Below, one piece after another: positions 37,554 to 47,800 of a stretch of DNA of 64,000 nt. The notes below the pieces were generated by a model. It saw only the letters and a list, made by a program, of their open reading frames with translations. It was not told the origin of the DNA and ran no database searches. The stretch lies in the IMG/VR virus record IMGVR_UViG_3300009376_000002; one strand, written 5' to 3'. The position numbers were made by a program, and so were the translations under genes. Origin of the DNA: an uncultured virus (IMG/VR IMGVR_UViG_3300009376_000002). Lineage: Duplodnaviria; Heunggongvirae; Uroviricota; Caudoviricetes. Positions within the stretch are counted from its first letter, which is position 1. Each line of letters begins with the position of its first letter.

Positions 37554-37589
37554 AGCATAGTTAGAAATGATGATTTGGAGATTTAGATA

Positions 37590-40500
37590 ATGGCCGAACG
37601 TACTTTTAAAAGCCCAGGCGTAAGAGCTTTTGAGATCGATAGGTCTGGGCCTACCCCAACCGGTCCAACGGGCGTTCCAGCAGGCGTAATAGGCACTGCT
37701 AAAGAAGGCCCAGCTTTCGTACCGATCACAGTTGCCGACTTCTCCGAATTTGAATCTAAGTTTGGATTTGTAGGCGGCGATGAGTTCGGACCTATCGCTG
37801 CACAAGAATGGCTCAGAAATGCTGGGTCCCTTTCTTATGTGCGAGTACTTGGAGCCGGCAACGCGAAGAAAAGGTCTTCAAGCGATGGAACGGTTACGAA
37901 CGCAGGATTTATCGTAGGCCAGAGATTACCTTTGGATTCTGGGCTTTTAGGAGACAATCCAGAAGCAAACACCGGCGGAGAAGGAGAAGGAAGAACTTAC
38001 TTCCTCGGATGCTACATGTCGCAATCCGCAGGATCAACAATCTTCTCCGATGCCGGAATAGGATCTGCTCAAAATCTTGGTACCACAGTCGCAGCTTCAG
38101 TCCTTCGTGGTGTGCTAATGGCAGCATCAGGTGTCAACCTAAGGCTTTCATGCTCAAATGGTACGATGGGCCAGGGAAACACACCAACATCAACAATGAC
38201 ATCATCAATGTCAGGCCAGGGCAACCCATCCGCTGGTTTCTTAACGGGTACAATTAACTTTTCTAACGGGTCCCCTAAGTTTACCATGCTTTTGCCTGGC
38301 CACAAAGGAAAAGATTATCCTCGAGTTCTTACAGCATCTTTAAATCCTGATGACAAAGATTACTTTGCAAACATCTTCAATAAAGATCCCCAACAAGTTC
38401 AGAAGCACGGCTACGTTCTTTACTCGCATTATGATGTATATCCAGAATATGCCGTCGTGACAGGTTCGGGAATCTTGGCAACAGGATCAAGCGTTGTGAA
38501 CGGCGCAGTGTCAGGCTTATACTCAGGAAGCTCTGATGCTGTTTTCCTCCTTACAGGAACTCAAGGGAGAAACAACGGATCTGCCGCGGCGCCAAACTTC
38601 GAAGGATTCCGTGAGAGATTCCAGGCCGCTAAGACGCCATTCATTATCTCACAAGAATTTGGTGGAACCGCCAAGGATCTCTTCCGAGTGCATCTCTTAA
38701 GCGATGGTGTCATGAAGGGCAAATCTTCAGACTCAGTGGGTGCGAACACTAAATACAAGGTTTCTATTGAGAACGTAGGTAAATCTTCAGATGAACTTAA
38801 CAAGTTCGGTACGTTCGATCTTGTCTTAAGAGACTTTTACGACAACGATGAGAATACATTCGTTTATGAGGCCTTCCGCGGCCTTAACCTTGATCCTGCA
38901 TCGACCAATTACATCGGACGTCGAATTGGCGATACCGACATGTTCTACGATTTTGATCAGGCACAGGGATCCCAAAAGCTTGTGATTGACGGAAAGTATG
39001 CTAACGTTTCTTCGCGCATAAGAGTTGAAATAGCATCTGATGTTGACAACGGTGAAATCGATCCTGAATCTCTGCCCCTAGGGTTTAGAGGTCTAGATCA
39101 CCTTGTAACCTCTGGATCAAATGTTCTTAGCGCACCTCCAAACGCAAACTTCAGCCTACAGAGAGACCCAAGCATGACGCTCAAATCAGTTGTGCAACCT
39201 CCTGTACCGCTTAGAGAGAACATCGCGATGGGTCTCGCGCCTAAGAAGGTGCCTAATAAGTCGCTTTACTGGGGCGTCCAATTCACGAAGAAAACCCTCT
39301 TAAATGAGCCCAACAAGAGCAGCGTTATTGATCCAAGCATAGTCAGCTTTACGAAATTCTTCACTGATCACGCCGTATCTGACTTCAATGTATTGACAGG
39401 TTCTAATGCAGGTCAGGCTGATGAAAGCGGCGCAATTCTAGATTGTGATAGGTTTAATAACAACAAGTTTACTTTAGAAAACCTGCAGGTCGGTACGGGA
39501 TCTGATGGTCTTGCATTAACCACGGACGCAGCTCTTGTTAACAGCTGGTCATACGCACGCGATGGAAACATCACTACGAATGCTGATGCCAAGACCCGAA
39601 GGTTTGAGGTAAACGATACAACAAGCCCGGCGGTTCGAAGGCTCTCTAAGTTTACGATGCCATTCCAGGGTGGATTTGATGGATTTAACATCTTTAATAA
39701 AAACACCGCCTTGATGAACAACAACGCCGTTAAAGGTGAGATGGATGATTCTAACAGAGGTGGAATCAACGGCCCGACAGTTGCAGCCTTTAAGAAGGCT
39801 CTGGAAGTCATGGGTGAGAAGGCTGATGTTGAGATACAGCTCTTGGCTGTTCCTGGCATTAGAGAGGCTACCGTCACAAATGATGCTATAACGACTGTAG
39901 AGGACAGATTTGATGCACTCTACATCATGGATATCGGCGAGCGTGATAACGTAAACGCAGTGGTTACTTCCTCTGTGCAAAATGTCAATGTTTCAAATAC
40001 CGTAGCATCATTCAACGACAGAGCCTTGGATTCATCCTTTGCTGCAGCATATTTCCCAGATGTTAATATGAACATCCAGGTGAAGACACTGAATCAATCA
40101 ACGAAGACTGTAGTAGCAAATTCTGCAACAGTTCGGGTTCCGCCGTCAGTTGCAGTTTTAGGTGCTTTCTCGTTCAACGATGCAGTGGCGTTCCCGTGGT
40201 TCGCTCCTGCTGGATTTGCCCGAGGATCTATGAACGCTCTATCTACTGCAGTAAGCCTAAATCAAACCAATATGGACGATTTGTACGATAAGGATATCAA
40301 CCCTATCGTTTCGTTCCCTAATAGTTCTGGCCCGGTAGTTTACGGACAGAAAACTCTGCAATCTGCAGCGTCTGCTCTTGACAGAGTCAACGTAAGAAGG
40401 CTCTTGATCGACGTAAGGCGCTCAGTTAAGCAAGTTGCACAGCAACTTATCTTCGAGCCTAATAGAGAATCAACCCTTCAAAGATTCACTGCTTTGGTAA

Positions 40501-40694
40501 CTCCAATCTTGAAGAGAGTTCAGGAAAACCAAGGTGTTGATCGATTTAGAGTTGTTATTGATTCTAGCACAACTACGCAGGCAGACATTGAAAACAATAC
40601 AGTTCGAGGGAAGATCTTCTTGCAGCCTACACGAACAGCAGAATTCATCTCGCTTGATTTCGTGGTAACAAATTCAGGAGTTGATGGACTTTAA
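37590..40694 (+). CDS. Tail sheath protein 2 (gp18-like paralog)
   Basis: FKSPGVRAFEID, GTAKEGPAFVP, WFAPAGFARG, INPI, GQKT, LDRVNVRRLL, PTRTAEFI. Confidence 0.95.
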   Translation: MAERTFKSPGVRAFEIDRSGPTPTGPTGVPAGVIGTAKEGPAFVPITVADFSEFESKFGFVGGDEFGPIAAQEWLRNAGSLSYVRVLGAGNAKKRSSSDGTVTNAGFIVGQRLPLDSGLLGDNPEANTGGEGEGRTYFLGCYMSQSAGSTIFSDAGIGSAQNLGTTVAASVLRGVLMAASGVNLRLSCSNGTMGQGNTPTSTMTSSMSGQGNPSAGFLTGTINFSNGSPKFTMLLPGHKGKDYPRVLTASLNPDDKDYFANIFNKDPQQVQKHGYVLYSHYDVYPEYAVVTGSGILATGSSVVNGAVSGLYSGSSDAVFLLTGTQGRNNGSAAAPNFEGFRERFQAAKTPFIISQEFGGTAKDLFRVHLLSDGVMKGKSSDSVGANTKYKVSIENVGKSSDELNKFGTFDLVLRDFYDNDENTFVYEAFRGLNLDPASTNYIGRRIGDTDMFYDFDQAQGSQKLVIDGKYANVSSRIRVEIASDVDNGEIDPESLPLGFRGLDHLVTSGSNVLSAPPNANFSLQRDPSMTLKSVVQPPVPLRENIAMGLAPKKVPNKSLYWGVQFTKKTLLNEPNKSSVIDPSIVSFTKFFTDHAVSDFNVLTGSNAGQADESGAILDCDRFNNNKFTLENLQVGTGSDGLALTTDAALVNSWSYARDGNITTNADAKTRRFEVNDTTSPAVRRLSKFTMPFQGGFDGFNIFNKNTALMNNNAVKGEMDDSNRGGINGPTVAAFKKALEVMGEKADVEIQLLAVPGIREATVTNDAITTVEDRFDALYIMDIGERDNVNAVVTSSVQNVNVSNTVASFNDRALDSSFAAAYFPDVNMNIQVKTLNQSTKTVVANSATVRVPPSVAVLGAFSFNDAVAFPWFAPAGFARGSMNALSTAVSLNQTNMDDLYDKDINPIVSFPNSSGPVVYGQKTLQSAASALDRVNVRRLLIDVRRSVKQVAQQLIFEPNRESTLQRFTALVTPILKRVQENQGVDRFRVVIDSSTTTQADIENNTVRGKIFLQPTRTAEFISLDFVVTNSGVDGL

Positions 40695-40748
40695 GGGACG
40701 TTTTTGTTCGATGCATATATTTATAACGTGTCACCCTAGGAGATTGTA

Positions 40749-41237
40749 ATGGCTGAGACCCTTTCTGTTGCTGAGATGCTTCCAAATAAATTTGAACCTA
40801 AGCGCCAGTTTAGGTGGGTATTTGCAATTGAAGGCATTGATGCCTTCTTGATGAAGTCAGCCGCAAGACCTACAATTTCCACTGAGTCTGTAACGCTTCC
40901 TTTTATTAATCACACTCGCTATCTTGCTGGTCGAACAACATTCGGCGACATGTCCGTGACGCTTTACGATCCAATCGCACCTTCCGGTGCGCAGCAGGTC
41001 ATGGAGTGGATTAGAACTCATTTTGAATCTGTTTCTGGCCGAGCAGGCTACGCAGATTTTTACAAGCGTGATTGCCAGATCAAGATGCTTGACCCAATTG
41101 GAACAGTTGTTGAGCTTTGGGACGTCAAAGGCGCGTTTATCACAAACGCTGAGTATGGATCTTTGAGCTATGACACTAACGATGCCGCAGAGATTTCCAT
41201 GACTCTTCGCTTTGACAACTGCGTGCTTCAATACTGA
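40749..41237 (+). CDS. Tail tube protein (gp19-like)
   Basis: FEPKRQFRW, YLAGRTTFGDMSVTLYD, WDVKGAF, LRFD; follows the sheaths. Confidence 0.9.
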   Translation: MAETLSVAEMLPNKFEPKRQFRWVFAIEGIDAFLMKSAARPTISTESVTLPFINHTRYLAGRTTFGDMSVTLYDPIAPSGAQQVMEWIRTHFESVSGRAGYADFYKRDCQIKMLDPIGTVVELWDVKGAFITNAEYGSLSYDTNDAAEISMTLRFDNCVLQY

Positions 41238-41329
41238 TACTATCACCCTAAGATAAAGCTCTTTTAGTTCTGGTCATGCTATTTAACAGATAATCTATCT
41301 GTAATACAATTCCTATACGAGGAGCTTTC

Positions 41330-42169
41330 ATGTCTAGAAATGACGTATTTAGCGCTGCAAGCGCATCAGACCCCAGAGTGGCGGAAACATTAGAGCAGGC
41401 ACAGCAGGATCTTGGATTCGATATCCCGATCGAGACTGTCCCTTTGCCTTCGCTAGGCAAGGCATATCCTCCGGATCACCCGCTGCATCTTAAAAACTCA
41501 GTTGACATTCGAGCGATGACAGCGAGAGAAGAAGATATCTTAACATCCAGAGCCTTTATTAAAAATGGTACTGTAATTACTAATCTGATTCGATCTTGCT
41601 TAACAGATAAGTCAATAGATCCGAGAACGCTCCTGTCAGGTGATCGAAACGCAATTCTTGTTGCCATTAGGATTACTGGCTACGGCGCAGATTATCATAC
41701 TAATGTTACTTGCCCTGTATGCGGAACAGCTCAAGTGCATTCTTGCGCTCTGTCCGACTTGCCAATCAGGTCGCTTGAGTCAGACCCAGTTACTCCCGGG
41801 AGAAATGAGTTTGAAGTTGTCCTCCCGGTGTCAGGTAAGAAAGTGACCCTATCTTTCCCGACAGGCTTGGACGAGGAAGAAGCACTAACTATCTCGGAGA
41901 GAAAACGAAAACAGGGGATCGTAGTAGATAATCTCGTTACAGAGAGGCTCTTTAGAGCTATTACTTCCATCCAGGGTAATACAGACAAGTCTTACATCAG
42001 CAAGTTTATCCGCAACATGCCCGCTAGGGATTCCTTAGAAATCAGGAGGTTCCTAGAGAAAAGCGAGCCTACCGTTAACATGGTGACACTCTTCGCATGC
42101 GAAGCTTGTGAGCTGCAGGAGGAAATGCCCCTACCCATGGGGGCAAACTTTTTTTGGCCTGAAACCTGA
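41330..42169 (+). CDS. Tail/baseplate hub assembly chaperone (T4 gp26-like)
   Basis: VPLPSLG, IRAMTAREEDIL, DRNAILVAIR, CPVC and CEAC, ends in FFWP; between tube and tape measure. Confidence 0.8.
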   Translation: MSRNDVFSAASASDPRVAETLEQAQQDLGFDIPIETVPLPSLGKAYPPDHPLHLKNSVDIRAMTAREEDILTSRAFIKNGTVITNLIRSCLTDKSIDPRTLLSGDRNAILVAIRITGYGADYHTNVTCPVCGTAQVHSCALSDLPIRSLESDPVTPGRNEFEVVLPVSGKKVTLSFPTGLDEEEALTISERKRKQGIVVDNLVTERLFRAITSIQGNTDKSYISKFIRNMPARDSLEIRRFLEKSEPTVNMVTLFACEACELQEEMPLPMGANFFWPET

Positions 42170-42419
42170 GGATCGTGAGCTTTTCTTAGAACAGGCATTT
42201 TTGCTTATGTACTATGGGGGCTTCACGTATTCTGAGGCATATAAGATTCCTACTCGTTACCGCGTTTGGTTCATAGATAGAATCAATAAAGAGTTTAAAA
42301 AAGCCGCAGGGACGGGAAATGAGTCATCCCGTGCATCACACAATAATGATCCAGGAAGCAGAGCTATGAGGGGTATGTCGCGACAAACAGGCCCGTCTAG
42401 GACAAGAAGATTCACTTAG
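42150..42419 (+). CDS. Second tail-chaperone ORF, probably expressed as a frameshift extension
   Basis: +1 frame relative to the upstream gene from the T7 run: FFGLKPEDRELFLEQAFLLMYYGGFTYSEAYKIP..R.WFI. An alternative ATG at 42208 has no clear RBS. Confidence 0.6.
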   Translation, partial: FFGLKPEDRELFLEQAFLLMYYGGFTYSEAYKIPTRYRVWFIDRINKEFKKAAGTGNESSRASHNNDPGSRAMRGMSRQTGPSRTRRFT

Positions 42420-42451
42420 CGCATATTTAATCTTGACTCCCGAGAACCTCT

Positions 42452-44614
42452 ATGGCCACCAAAGAACAAATAGAATTACAAAAGCAGCTCATCAGACTGG
42501 CTGAAGAATATGAGACTATTCTGCAGCGCATCCAAAGCGGAGAGATAAAAGGCAGAGTAGAAATAGAGGATGCTTACAAGCGTTTTTCTAAGCTCCAGAG
42601 AAAGGCGCAAGATGAGAGCAAGACTGATTACTCAAAGTTTCTCAAAGAAAATCCCAGGGTAAGAGACTCCTTTAACGAACTCAGCAAAGCGCAACAAAAA
42701 GCAACCGCGACATCGGATTCCTTGGGCAGAGGAATGAAAGGCCTAATGACCCAATTCGGCCCGGCAGGTCTTGGCATGGTCCTGGGCGGATCTGCTCTAG
42801 GGCTCACAAAACTCACTGGTGTTCTTAGAAAGGTCTCCGAGGGCTTTGACGGACTGTCCAAGCCTATCTTGATGTCTCGTGAGGCGATCACAAACGAGTT
42901 CGGGCAAGCTATAAACGACCAGGGTGAGTTGATGACTAACTTCGCCGGCGACGCCGCGAGGTCTCAAGAAAACCTTATGAATGAGCTTGCAAAGACCCCG
43001 CGGGGCCTTGCAGCAGCTGACCCTTACATGCGCAGCTTCTCTCAGAACTTTGCCAAAGCCCAGCAAGAACTTGTGCAACGGACCGCGAAGATGCGCCATG
43101 CCGTTGGCACTGAGATGGAGTTTTTGCAAGCCGCCTTTCGGTCTGACGCTAGCGTCAAGCAGATAGATGAACTGCGATTAGCTTTGGGTATGCAGGAAGA
43201 AGACCTGGCCTCAGTTGCAGCGCAGGCGCAGATAGGCGGAACTACTCTAGTCAGGCAAATGGCAGTCTCTGCAGAAGCAACTGACAAGATGAGTAAAAGG
43301 TATGGTGTGAATTTTGGGCTTGTCAGAAAAGCTACAAACGCTCTTCGAAAAGACTTCGGCACTTTCGGTACTTTTAGCGAGCAGCAGCTGGCAAAAGTTG
43401 CAGCCCAAGCAGTTAAGCTAGGCGTCTCTCTTGACGGCATCAAGAAGCTGACGATTCACGATAGCTTTGATACTGCAGCAGAGAAAGCCGCGATGCTCGG
43501 CCAGTCCTTCGGTATGAATATCGACGCTTTTGACCTCTTTATGGAAGAAGATCCCGCTGAGCGCCTTCGAATGATCCAAGAGGCTGCTGAGCAAGCCGGG
43601 GTCGATGTCGCAAACATGTCACGTGTCGAGATGAAACACCTAGCTGATCTTACCGGCATGGACGTCAAGGATACCATGAAAGCCCTGAGCGATTCCGGCC
43701 AGAACCTTCGAAGCCAGCTGGGTGTTGCAGAAGAAGGCAAGGTTGCGGCAGAAGATCGAGTGGCACAAAATAATCGAATGATAAGTGTCCAGGCTCGTTT
43801 AGCTGATATTATGGAGAAGGTTGCGCCTAATATCGCAACAATAGGTACTGATACCGGCGCAGACATTGCCAAGGGCCAGCTTGAACTACTTGCTGCCCAA
43901 GGAAATACTTTCCAGAAAATGGGCAATGCACAAATCAACGCCGCGGCAGCCCTTACTAAAGCATCCGGAAAATTAATTACTTTAAATCCTCTCATTCAAG
44001 AGCTGGCGAAAAATATGGGTGATTTCGCGTCTCGAAAGCTTGTGGGAGAGGGAACCAAGGCGATCACCGGCGGCCTCGCCGCAACGGATGACATGCTCAA
44101 AAAGGTCCAGGCCCAGCGGGAAGCCGGCGGAGGTCTTAGGGACGAAGCGTTCTTGAAGTCCCTGGGAGATAAGAAGCAACAGGCCTTTGCCCTCCAGATC
44201 ATTAAGGTGTTTGACACAATAGGGAACCAGGCCATCCAGACTGCAAAAAAAGCTGCAGATGCAATGTCTGCGAAAAAACCCCTTGCAGGTACAGCGGAAA
44301 ACCCGAGTCACGTCACCCTACCTACACCACTTCCCGTAAAGATAGAACCCGGAACTATCCAACAACCTCAGGCTGCAGCACGTCAAACTGCCACCGCGAA
44401 TGTTCCAGTAACCGCAGACGGAGGAAAATTAAAGGCAGGAACACCCCAAGTTTCAAGCCCCATACCTATTGACTTAACTGTGAATCTCCTCGCCAGTAAT
44501 GACGTGCTTGCTACAGCCACTGCAAATGGAACCCCTGATGGGCAAGCTGCTCCCATAGGAACCCAACTAAACAACGGTAACCGTGCTGCGAAGGCGGTGG
44601 GCGTTAGCGCTTGA
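42452..44614 (+). CDS. Tape measure protein
   Basis: 720 aa, helical and Ala/Gln/Lys-rich; follows tube and chaperone genes. Confidence 0.75.
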   Translation: MATKEQIELQKQLIRLAEEYETILQRIQSGEIKGRVEIEDAYKRFSKLQRKAQDESKTDYSKFLKENPRVRDSFNELSKAQQKATATSDSLGRGMKGLMTQFGPAGLGMVLGGSALGLTKLTGVLRKVSEGFDGLSKPILMSREAITNEFGQAINDQGELMTNFAGDAARSQENLMNELAKTPRGLAAADPYMRSFSQNFAKAQQELVQRTAKMRHAVGTEMEFLQAAFRSDASVKQIDELRLALGMQEEDLASVAAQAQIGGTTLVRQMAVSAEATDKMSKRYGVNFGLVRKATNALRKDFGTFGTFSEQQLAKVAAQAVKLGVSLDGIKKLTIHDSFDTAAEKAAMLGQSFGMNIDAFDLFMEEDPAERLRMIQEAAEQAGVDVANMSRVEMKHLADLTGMDVKDTMKALSDSGQNLRSQLGVAEEGKVAAEDRVAQNNRMISVQARLADIMEKVAPNIATIGTDTGADIAKGQLELLAAQGNTFQKMGNAQINAAAALTKASGKLITLNPLIQELAKNMGDFASRKLVGEGTKAITGGLAATDDMLKKVQAQREAGGGLRDEAFLKSLGDKKQQAFALQIIKVFDTIGNQAIQTAKKAADAMSAKKPLAGTAENPSHVTLPTPLPVKIEPGTIQQPQAAARQTATANVPVTADGGKLKAGTPQVSSPIPIDLTVNLLASNDVLATATANGTPDGQAAPIGTQLNNGNRAAKAVGVSA

Positions 44615-44627
44615 TAGGGAGTAGAAG

Positions 44628-44849
44628 TTGTCCAAGAAGATACCTATAAAGGCGCAGCAGTGGAGTCCTGCTCACGATGAGATCATGAACTCTCCAGAGA
44701 TTACGAGAATCTTACGAGAACTACCTGAAGAGAGCAGGGCTCAAGTTGAGAAGCACCTTCGAGATTATGTATCTGTCCTCGGCGGCGTGATCACGACTAT
44801 GAGCAACTTCAAAACCGCGGCCCAGCAGCAGGAGGACAAAGATGGCTGA
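44628..44849 (+). CDS. Small hypothetical protein
   Basis: GGGAG RBS, TTG start, stop overlaps the next start. Confidence 0.55.
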   Translation: MSKKIPIKAQQWSPAHDEIMNSPEITRILRELPEESRAQVEKHLRDYVSVLGGVITTMSNFKTAAQQQEDKDG

Positions 44850-47800
44850 TGATACAAAAAAGGTCCTTATACCCAAGGATAGAAATGGTGATGACCAGCT
44901 GGGTAATGACTTCACAGCTGCCAATGCCAACTATGCCGCGCTGCCGGGCTTTGGGAACGCAGGCCAAGATGATCTGCCACTAGAATCTCCCCAGCCTCTA
45001 GACAACGTACAGCAGGTAAGCTTAGGTTCTGCAAGGCAAAAGGTTTTAGATGACACCAGAATTAATCCTCGTCAACCTGGCGTAACTGATACGCTTGATT
45101 CGACATCACAGTTTCTACCAGATGAGCTTGCGCACTCCACAGTGGACAGACCGAGCACGCTTACGTTGGGCAGCATGTTCAACAAGGGCTTGCCTGGAAT
45201 TAGGAAGTCACCCGCTGTCCCACGAGCCGGCGATGCACTAAGAGATATCAGCACTGATTCGCAGTCTTTGGATCCGCAAAACGCGCCACAGGGTCGAACA
45301 GTGGCCGGAACTCCGGGGCCCGCATACGGCAACCCCGATGAACAATCCGGCGCCGGCCCAGTTGTGCAGCGCACAGTATCAGCAGTGCTCACTAGAAATC
45401 GCTTTGCTGGCATGCACAAAAGAGTTTATGCTCCGGCCAACTCAAACCCCGATGATCAAGTCGTTGGCTCTTTTCAATCTCAGGTAGGAGCTTACGATTC
45501 TGAGGCTCCCACGAATGAGCCGACTCAAGCAGGATATGCCTTCACCCTTGAGGATCTTAAGGGCACAGCCGCTCAATTAATCAGTCAAGCTGCAGGGTTT
45601 TCTACCCAGAGCAGAGAGACAAATCAAGATCAGCGATATGCTAGTGAAGGTGTCGCAGTCTCTTCTGTTCGCCCTAGGAATCTCCAGGAGGGCGATATTA
45701 CCAATGATGCCTTCATCAAGTCTAAAGCATCCACGGGAGAGTTTGATGAGCCCAATGACGGAGAGCCAATAGAAACTTTCGGACAGCTTAACACCCCAGA
45801 TTCACCTTACGCTGGAATGAATCCAGTCCAGATGAAAAGTCTTGCAGATGCTATTATTGCTGCGACAGTGCTGGCTTTGGATACGGGTGCAGAGAGATCT
45901 TTTATAGATCTGCTCACTTCTAATGCAAGTCAAGGATCTGCCCCGGGTAGCCGACCCTACACTAAGGGCAAGTTCATCGAGAATAATACATGGGGCAAAC
46001 CCGCTCTTAGGTCTGACTTAGGGTTCGCACACACTTCTTTCCCTTATGACAAGGCAATTGATGCGGGTAAGTCTTTAGTCTTTGGAATTGAGGACACTGC
46101 GATAGCTACGTCTGACATTGGTGAAAGAGCTAATCTTACTGGAAACGCCCGGGCGACCAGGGGTAATATAGCTAATAATCCCGGATTTTATGTTGTTTTC
46201 TGCAGGGCGGTCTTAAGAGACTCGCAGAATCTTCGGCAGAAGTTTGCAGAATTAGGATCCATAGCCTCGGGCGCCTCGCAGGAATCATTAGTCGCATCAG
46301 CAACGCTAGTTGAATCTTTTAGATCTTCAAAACTAGTTGCTTGCATGAACGTCTTGGCGATGACGGGAGATTCTATTTTATCCCGGGCCCAAAGCCCATA
46401 CAAAGTTGACCAAATAAAGTCCTCAGGGGACCCAGCGTTCTCTGCATTTGGTAGACCCTTAGAAGTGGGCAAAATACATTACAGGCCTTCTTCTCACGCT
46501 ATGAAAAGCAGAGATAGCGAAATTGAACCAGGTGTAAGCCCAGCTTCTATGCGTCTTGCCTGGAGGAATGCTTCTGTCCCCAGCATGTACTTGCTACCTG
46601 CAGAGATCGAGTATGGGAGTGTCCAGAACGCCCTTTCTACTCTTAGTAATGATTCACCAGCAGGTGCACACATCAGCATGGAGGGTATTACGAAAGCTGA
46701 GTCTAACGGCCGCCTGCCACAAGAGTTTGTCGAAAATCACGAGCGAACCCTCGACGCTGAATACGTTCCCTTCTATTTTCACGACCTTCGCACAGGAGAG
46801 ATAATAGCTTTTCACGCTTTCTTAGACAACCTAAGCGATAGTTTCTCAGCACGCTATAACGGTCAAAAAGCAATTGGTAGAGCAGAGGAAGTCCAGATTT
46901 ATGACTCAACTTCAAGAGATATCGGATTTTCTTTCTACGTTGCTGCAACATCCCGTGAAGATTTTAATGAGATGTGGTTTAAGATCAATAAGCTCGTAAC
47001 GATGCTCTACCCACAATACACGCAGGGAAGAGGTACAGGAGATCAATCTTTCCAGCCAAAGAGAAATCCCATTGATTTCCTGGCAGGGCTTTCCGGTGAA
47101 AACTTCATTATGCCGTTCTCGCAAGTCCAATCGGCATCTCCAATGATCCGCCTCCGGATTGGCGATGTTGTGAAAACTAACTTTTCTAAGTTTAACCTGT
47201 CTCGCCTGTTTGGGCTAGGGACTGAGCAGTTTTCTCCTGTCCCGGGTGCTTCGATAGCAAACGCAGCTACTCTGAATATCATGCGACTTCTTTTCCAAGG
47301 ATTGGGACTTTTGCACAATAATCGAGGCTCTTCAGCTGGGGCTCAAGCCGGATCAAGCGCAGTTCTTTCATCACCAGCAACTTCAATTAACTTCTTAGAG
47401 ATAATGAGGCTTCTTCGGCAAAGAGCACGCCAAAAACCTGAGGGTGTAGGTACGTTCTGGAGCAGAAGAAGCGGACTTAAAATAGGGGATGTAGTGAGAA
47501 TTAGCTTTCCAAGCGTGAGGACTCTTAATAGAGTTGACGGTTCCGGAAAGCTGTTTATTCCTTTTAAAGATGTGTATGCTAAGATTGTAACTGATCCCGT
47601 CAATAAAGATGGCGAGCTTTCGATTGATCCGAACGGAGATGTCTTCTACAAGGTGCAAGTTGCATCTTCAGCAGACATGGCCCGACTTGGAATTTATGAC
47701 GTCGGTGGCGACGCGACGTACTTGATGAATCATCATGATGCATCGCTGATACCCATGGGCCTATTCAAGGAGTTCGCGGCTGTTAATGTCGTGAGAATTG

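Noticed and set aside
37551..37590. Amber recoding or readthrough: TAG stops are in frame with the next gene at 2676/2688, 37551/37590 (only TAGs intervene) and 58855/58861
   Set aside because: Conserved genes are uninterrupted in code 11, TAG falls at natural C-termini, other TAG junctions are out of frame, and sheath 2 has its own promoter motif and RBS.
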